Below the pieces are notes generated by a model. The model did no database searches and was not told the DNA's origin. It worked only from the letters and a program-made list of their open reading frames with translations. Shown piece after piece: positions 57,901 to 64,000 of a stretch of DNA of 64,000 bases (position 1 is the first letter of the stretch; each line of letters begins with the position of its first letter). Source of the stretch: Vitrella brassicaformis CCMP3155 (taxonomy: Eukaryota > Protista > Chromerida); contig CDMY01000214.1 in the NCBI GenBank assembly GCA_001179505.1, positions 1-64,000 of the forward strand, written 5' to 3'. The position numbers and the translations under genes were made by a program.

Positions 57901-60438
57901 GAAAAGCGCCACACACAGCAGACACACAGGTGACCTCGAATTTGGTGATCGTTTGACCTTACGGACCTGCAGAATCCGTTCGACGATCGGGTTGTCTTTA
58001 CTCTTGCCGCTCATCACCTGCCGATCACAGCAGCTGCACACATGAAGACAATTCACTAGAGCCGCTCAAGATACGACGGACAGACGCACCTGGCGAGGCT
58101 GCCCAGGACGACCATCATCATCCTGACGTCGTTGCCGCCATTAGCAATGGATTCGAGCTGTAAAATGCCTAGCCTCACAGCCCTCGACAGCTGGGAGCAC
58201 ATGAGCTCGGCCAGACCCTCACACGAAGCATACTAAACACAACGAAGACAGGAGTGGCGAGTCTACACACAAATAAGGCATTGGTTCCGTCGTATTCTTT
58301 GCTGACCGAGTTACGATTCACGATGAGGTAGAGCAGATGCACCGAAGCCGCCACGACAGACTGTCCATGGAGGGCATCATTGGTCAGTCTGTCGCTCTGC
58401 AGGATGCTCATGGCTGCGGAGAGGAAGCCCGCCTGCGCAACACGCTCGCAGTAGCGACATTCTGAGGAAACACAGACGCACACGAGACATCATTAAGTGG
58501 CATGGGCCATGCACCATCACTCACCAGCCATTGCCACTGGCACATTCAGAGATCTGCAGACCGTGTTAGCCGACTGCTCAGCGGTGGCGTGGTCCTTCAG
58601 CAATGTGGCTATCTTGCCCAGAGCAGCGGGGCTCGCTGACGCACTACGGCATATGGACGCCAACACACCTGCATCCACACACACCCACACACGCTCACAC
58701 AGCGGCGTGACGAGTCAACGAGCCCTCTTGGCATCAAGGTGACCCACACCTGGCTCAGAGGGAAAGAAGCGGGCGTAGAAGCAGATGATGCTTATCAGCT
58801 CGTATGCCCTCAACATAGCCGGTTGATCACAGCTGGTGACCAGGGTCTCGACGAGCGCATCGATGTGGCAGAACATGTGCTGCTGAAACGCCCCAAGATC
58901 CTCAGTCGTCACTGAATTACACATATAAAACACTCAGATACACTTAAACACGACAGCCCTCTTTGTCCATTCACCACATGATCACCTGGAATGCTTTCGC
59001 TGAGAACCACTGCCAGAGCTATTCTGAATACCTCGTCCGATAGTGTCAGCCTCCCCACCGTCCCCTCCACCAAGACACCAAACAGCGGCAGCCACTCCAC
59101 ACCAAACGGATACCCAGCTTGACAAAGCCGTTTGAGGAAGCACGTCGCCGCAGCCTGATGCTCCATGTCGCTGCTGTCATTGAAAATGGCAACAATGCAG
59201 CCGGCGAGGCCTCCCTGACCCTGCTGTCGATGCGCCTTGTCCTTGACGGCCAATGACCGTACGAGGCCCTCGACAACTGGGTCATCATCCGGCAAGAGCG
59301 GTGTCTCATTGAGATCTTCCTGTTGCTCAACGAAGGAGTCGATGTCACCAGCCAGAAGAGCATCAGCAGCGACAAGTTGAGCAGCGGCGCACGTGATGGC
59401 AACAGCATCCGAGACCGACGTAGTGCCCTTCCGCGTGTTGGCCGTGTGTTGCTGGTCGGGTGTGATGGGGGAGGGCGTGGAGGCAGGGAATGGGCAAGAG
59501 GGACCCACTGGTTGCTGACCCGCTGATGCAGCTGCTGCGGCGAGTGGCGACGGGTCGATGGAGCTGGTGGGTTCGACGGCCTGCTGCTGCTGGGTGCATG
59601 CGAAGATGTCGAAAGCAGTGGAGGGCTGACGGCTGCCGTCCTGACAATCACAGCCACACATCACGCACATATGCACACATGTGGGCATGCACCTCCCTCG
59701 TGTCTGTCTGTCTGTCTGCCTGTCTGTCTGTGCATGTGTGTCCGTACCGATGTGGCGTCCACAGTGATGTCATCCTCTCCGGACCCACCGCCGTGCCCCG
59801 CCCCTCCCATCAGCGCCGTGCTGCTTCCGTGCGGCTGCACGGTGACGCCGCCCACAACTGATGTGTCGGCTGCTGGTGAGGCGATGGGCGTGAGCGGCAT
59901 GGACTGGCCATGGGGGACGGAAGGCTGCGGTAGCTGCTGACTCTGATATGTGCCGACGACCTCAGTGAGCATCGGCGGACGCTGGATGCCGATGGGTGGG
60001 GAGCCCGAGGGCAATTCCTCCGTTAGCTCTTGAGAGTCAGCTTCGTCGCTGTCAGACGCAGGTGTGCGCTCTCTGTGAGAGGATGCTGCTAGCGGGAAAG
60101 GCGACGCACTCTCTGTGCGGTCACCAGGGCCATCAGACGGCTCATCGCCGGACCGCCCAGCCGCACCAGATCCCTCCTCTGCCGGTCTGCCACTCATACA
60201 CACGTGTTGCTGCTCTGTGTTTGCTCCTGCTGGCTGGCATCTCCTCTGTCGGGGCTGCTGCTGTCTGCCGTCGGGCTGCCGGCAGAGAGCTCCTTGGAGT
60301 TGGTGTCCGTGGACACGAGCGCTCAGGTGGCTATAGATCTGCATCAGTCAAAGCCAAAACAGACGCCACATGGACACAAACGGGTGCACGATGAGCCATC
60401 ACCTCCCAGACGCTGTCACTCACTGTGAATCAATTGTC
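51970..60438 (-). repeat. Right arm of the ~8.5 kb inverted segmental duplication
   Basis: Reverse complement of 20002..28490. The arms are separated by a ~23.5 kb unique spacer. Confidence 0.95.
52330..60344 (-). CDS. Multi-exon putative E3 ligase, copy 2 (F-box-like/LRR-like, coiled coil, C-terminal RING-HC)
   Basis: RING: CQVCQKRERSVVLRPCNHFCICLQCAQTMQPRQCPLCRE. CAG at the position of the copy-1 TAG. The start is uncertain (ATG 60344 or ATG 60197) because the ATG homologous to copy 1 reads GTG (60316). Confidence 0.75.
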
Positions 60439-61092
60439 CCTCACTGATTACTGGCATAGGGTCCGCTGGGCTCGGCGTCCACCGTGTCACTCGATGCTGA
60501 TCTATCTGCCAAGCAAACACACGTACAACGTTGCTTCATTGTGTTGCTTCACTGACTGTGCTTGAGCACAAGTGGAGGCTTACGTTGATGCGTGATGTGT
60601 TTTCATTTTTGTATGGCGCGGGAGACCATTTTTCAGGCTCGCAGGGTGTGCTTGCATTCTGCTTCTTCCCATGACCCCTCCTTTCTCGCGATGCAGACGA
60701 TGAGCAGTGATAGCTCATAAACGTATCTATGTCGTTAAATGAGGAAAACATGCATTGGCTCATTCAACCGGTTGGCTTCCTACCCGGCCATGGCTCTCTC
60801 GTCAGCTCACGAGCAGTCGACGAGATGTACATGGCCGACAGCGGTCACCCGATAGCCCAGGCACCAGACATCAGCCCCTCCCCCCGCACACACTGTCTGC
60901 CTGTATCGAAGCGCATCGCTGGTCTGCTTGCGTCCCGCGGCTGGCGGTGTGTGATGGACTCTCACAGTGACAGAGAGATAGTCAAGCATCACCTGCCTTG
61001 ACATGAAAACAGCGCAGCAGTGTCGGACAAGTGAACAAACCAACAGATGCCAAATTGTTCGCAGGGCCCCACCACGTGGCCCTCATGGCTAC

Positions 61093-63011
61093 TCATACAG
61101 TATCGACAGCTCTGCACAGTTCTCTCTCCATGACATCCAGGAACCTCTCCGCCTCCTCTCTCTCAATCAGGGGCGCGCTCGTCTGGAGGCACACGCACAG
61201 CCGGCCGCCCACCGTCACGCACGACAGCTGAAACAAACAGCCGTTCTGGCTGTTGGTCACGCCGTAATACACGCCATCCAGACTGATGGGGCCGTACTGC
61301 GTCTTGCCCGGCCACACTCCCGCGTTGGACAGACCACATGTGTAGGCACGACCTGCACACAGACACAGACAAATGCAGCCGGCAATCTCTGTGAGTGCCG
61401 GTCGCCCGCTGGCTGACCGTGAGTCTGTTCCGATGCAGCAGCATTCTCGACGATGGCCTCAATGTTCACCAGCCGCATGCCCACGTCGAACAGCAGCGGC
61501 CCCTCACGCCCACTCACGTCGATGACCGACCGGAACTCCTCCCGGCAGCCCTTGGCAAACCGCCAGAAGGCCTCAGGTGTTGCGAGGGAGGATGGAACTC
61601 GCAAGTTGAATTCCACAGAGCCGCTGACAGATGAGAGTGTGCAGGGGCGGGGCAGCGGCGAATTCACGGCAAACCGACGCAGATCGGTAGACAGAAGGAA
61701 CCGAACCAGAGGACTGCTCCTTCCTGAGACGTCTTGACACGCCATAAGGGCGGCTGCGATGAGGGCTGCCGTCTCCGTGGTGCCCTCCTGCCGGCTCCTG
61801 TGCCGCAACTTCTCCATCAGCGGTCGGCCGAGTGTCCTCAAACACAGCTGAGTGCGCCGCTGTGACGGCGTCAATCCCTCGCCTCTCCGTCGGTCCAGCA
61901 CCAGCATGACCGGACACACAATGGTGGCGAAAGCCCTCACGAGGTGCTTGACGGTCTGCCACGAGCACGCCCGCTTCACATAGCCGACAAATGGCTCCTC
62001 AATGCTGGTGTTGCCGAAGAGCATGGCCTCCATGCTCGGGGGGAAGGAGACGGGGACGGAGGCAGCACTGTCGGTGTTCTTGTCAGACGACTGGTGTGGC
62101 TGCAGGTGGGTTAGGAAGTCCTGCAGGACGACTTGGGCTGAGATCTGGTCGGCTATGGCGTGGTTGAAGAGCCACACCAGTGCCGACCGGCCGGCAGATG
62201 GGCTGTGGATGACATGCAGCCGCCACAAAGGGGCATCATGGGCAAACGTCACACCTGCATACATGTAGAAAGGCCATGTCCGCTGTGGCGGTTGCAGATT
62301 TTCTCTGCTCTTATCTCACCGTCAATCATGCCTTCAACAAGCGTCCGCCACTCCTTTCTCAGGTCCGTACCATCTCTCGTGTCCACATCCGCCCACACCA
62401 GCGCCCTGTCCACCAGCTCATCAGCGGAGGCATCCAGCGGATAGAACCACGGCCATTCCTTGTCCTTCCGCCTGAGGAACTCATTGCCCGCAGGCAGCTC
62501 CGCTATCTGCACGCGCAGCAGCGGATGCATTGACACCGCTCGCCTCAGCGCACGGCGCACGTCGTCTCGCGTAAGCGACGATGTCCCACTCAGCTCGTCC
62601 ACAGAAAAACCAGCCACTGATAAAGGGGCGTCTTTGTCGTTGCGTTGGGTCTTGGTGAGGAGTCGCTCCCAGCTGCCGAGAGGGCGGATGTAGGTGGGAC
62701 TGGAGGAGCCTGTGATGGGTGCTGGCGGCTGCTCGACTGCAGGTATCTGCCTGTCCGGCGATGCTGAGGGAAGAGGCGTGACCTGCATCGTTGACAGGCA
62801 ACGCATTCATCCATCTGGTGAGTCAGACAGATGGAGGGCCGTGTGTGTATGTGTTGCTGTCCAGCTCATCACCCACCTGTCTGCGTCCGCGTGTTGAAGC
62901 GCGTCGGTGACGGCTGGGCTGCCACGGCTTCAGGAAAGCGCCTCGAGTGCTCAGATCTGCATCGACCACACCGGCAACGAGCCCCAGGAGCCACCATAGC
63001 TGGAATAACAT
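61093..63011 (-). CDS. CoA-dependent acyltransferase of the condensation/CAT fold (PapA5/alcohol acetyltransferase-like) with a bipartite targeting leader
   Basis: IRPLGSWERLL, ALRRAVSMHPLLRVQI, PLWRLHV, catalytic-type NHAIAD (HxxxD), STDLRR, CGLSNAG and FQLSCVTVGGRL. The N-terminus MLFQLWWLLGLVAGVVDA (signal) is followed by GAFLKPWQPSRHRRASTR (transit-like). Confidence 0.75.
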
Positions 63012-63204
63012 GGAGCTCCACGCCTCAACGCCCCATAGCCATCCACCCACTACTCCGTCCTCCGGTGGCGCCGATCTCGCCGAGGCCACGAGTCGTGGAA
63101 AAGGGCTTTTCGCTCACAAAATGTCCATCTATTTCTGCCGGCAGGCTGAACATGGTCACAACACGACGGATCTTCTCCGGTTTTCTTCGCGAGGAGGATC
63201 GTTT

Positions 63205-63214
63205 GCGAGCTCGC
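63205..63214. promoter_or_regulatory. Palindrome GCGAGCTCGC in a divergent promoter
   Basis: GTTTGCGAGCTCGCAG lies between ATG 63011 (-) and ATG 63392 (+). Confidence 0.4.
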
Positions 63215-63391
63215 AGGTTTTCGGGGGGGGTGAAGGGGGCGTTTGAGTCTCAGCGCCACCAGACAAAGGTCCAGCTGAGAGATTCGTGGCGAATCAGCGA
63301 GTCCAGTGGCCGTCTCCTTGCCTGAGCAGCGAAGCATCGCCTCTATCGGCCTGTCTGACTCTCTGAGCACAGCTTCAGCATCGTCAGCATC

Positions 63392-64000
63392 ATGTCGTCT
63401 GTCCCCAACATGCAGGCCTTCGCCACGGGCGGCCTCATGGTGAGCACAAAGAAGGCTCACACAGAGAAACGGACACACAGCCAGTCAGGCCGTCACACTC
63501 GGTGTCTCTATGTGTGCCTCCCTCCCCCTTTCTGCCTGTCTGCAGCCGCCAGGGGGTATGCCGACGCCCAACGCGCAGCTGTTCCAAAGCCTGCCTGCTG
63601 GTGGGATGCCTGGCGCGTCACAGATGGGCGGCGGCATGGGACCGATGGGAGGCGGCATGGGCAGCATGGGCGGCATGGCAGGTGCGCCTGGCGCGATGCA
63701 ATCGATGCCGCCGATGCAGCAGCAGCAGCCTCCACAGATGGGTCCAGGAGGTGGCATGATGAGTGGTCCTGCGCAGCCAGATATGTCGTCGATGATGGGC
63801 ATGGGTGCGGGCGGCGGCATGGCTGGGCCGGGCGGCATCTCGCCCCAGCAGCAACAGCAGGCGGCCATGGGGGGCGCCGGGATGGGCATGAGCATGGGCA
63901 TGATGCCTCCCCAACAGCAGCAGCCACAGCAGCCGATGATGCCCCAGCAGCAGATGGGCGGGCCGGGGATGATGTCACAGATGGGCTCCCAGATGGGATC
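63392..64000 (+). CDS. Partial gene with a G/M/P/Q-rich low-complexity N-terminus (runs off the window)
   Basis: MSSVPNMQAFATGGLM|gtgagc intron...ctgcag|PPGGMPTPNAQLFQ...MGGGMGPMGGGMGSMGG...QQQQPPQMG; the frame stays open to 64000. Confidence 0.7.
   Translation, partial: MSSVPNMQAFATGGLMVSTKKAHTEKRTHSQSGRHTRCLYVCLPPPFCLSAAARGYADAQRAAVPKPACWWDAWRVTDGRRHGTDGRRHGQHGRHGRCAWRDAIDAADAAAAASTDGSRRWHDEWSCAARYVVDDGHGCGRRHGWAGRHLAPAATAGGHGGRRDGHEHGHDASPTAAATAADDAPAADGRAGDDVTDGLPDGI

Noticed and set aside
20123-60344. A 'ubiquitin-like modification cluster' (two RING E3s, UBA2, BTB protein)
   Set aside because: RING, F-box and BTB families are large in such genomes and UBA2 acts on SUMO; co-location is plausibly chance, and I saw no shared regulatory evidence.
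20002-60438. Inverted arms read as the terminal inverted repeats of a giant transposon (Maverick/Polinton or Starship-like)
   Set aside because: The arms are diverged, intron-containing gene copies. No integrase, polymerase, transposase or capsid gene was seen in the spacer, which holds housekeeping UBA2.
60440-61050. Short ORFs between RING copy 2 and the acyltransferase
   Set aside because: Frames close quickly and no family motif was recognised.
1-64000. tRNA, rRNA or snRNA genes
   Set aside because: No cloverleaf boxes or conserved rRNA/snRNA sequence recognised by eye; a tRNAscan-SE/Infernal run would be needed to exclude them.

Overview
Intron-rich, GC-rich eukaryotic genomic DNA. The GT-AG introns packed with (CA)n/(GT)n and (AGAC)n/(GTCT)n repeats, the poly-CAG coding tracts and a bipartite plastid-type leader suggest a chromerid alveolate such as Vitrella; this is inference. 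Hand splicing supports about 16 genes. In order: a decayed PIF1-like helicase plus a PQQ sugar-dehydrogenase fragment at the left edge; a very large Nup205/Nup188-like gene (-); two hypothetical genes (+); a TraB/GumN (Tiki-like) protein (-); an atypical SDR (-); an F-box-like/coiled-coil/RING gene (+); a bacterial-type PTS EIIC-like membrane protein with about 11 introns (-); an EGF + 5xFAS1 fasciclin (+); UBA2/SAE2 (+); an atypical kinase (+); a TLC-domain protein (+); a BTB protein (-); a second, inverted copy of the F-box-like/RING gene (-); a condensation-fold acyltransferase (-); and a G/M/Q/P-rich partial gene (+). Best leads: (1) the intron-laden prokaryote-type PTS-EIIC-like gene; (2) the ~8.5 kb inverted duplication, whose copies carry reciprocal lesions and hypervariable internal exons; (3) window-wide polarity of introns (AC-rich 5' half, GT-rich 3' half), suggesting structure-assisted splicing; (4) a palindrome, GCGAGCTCGC, recurring just upstream of gene starts. 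Exon boundaries were placed by eye, family names come from motif recall, and no database searches were run.
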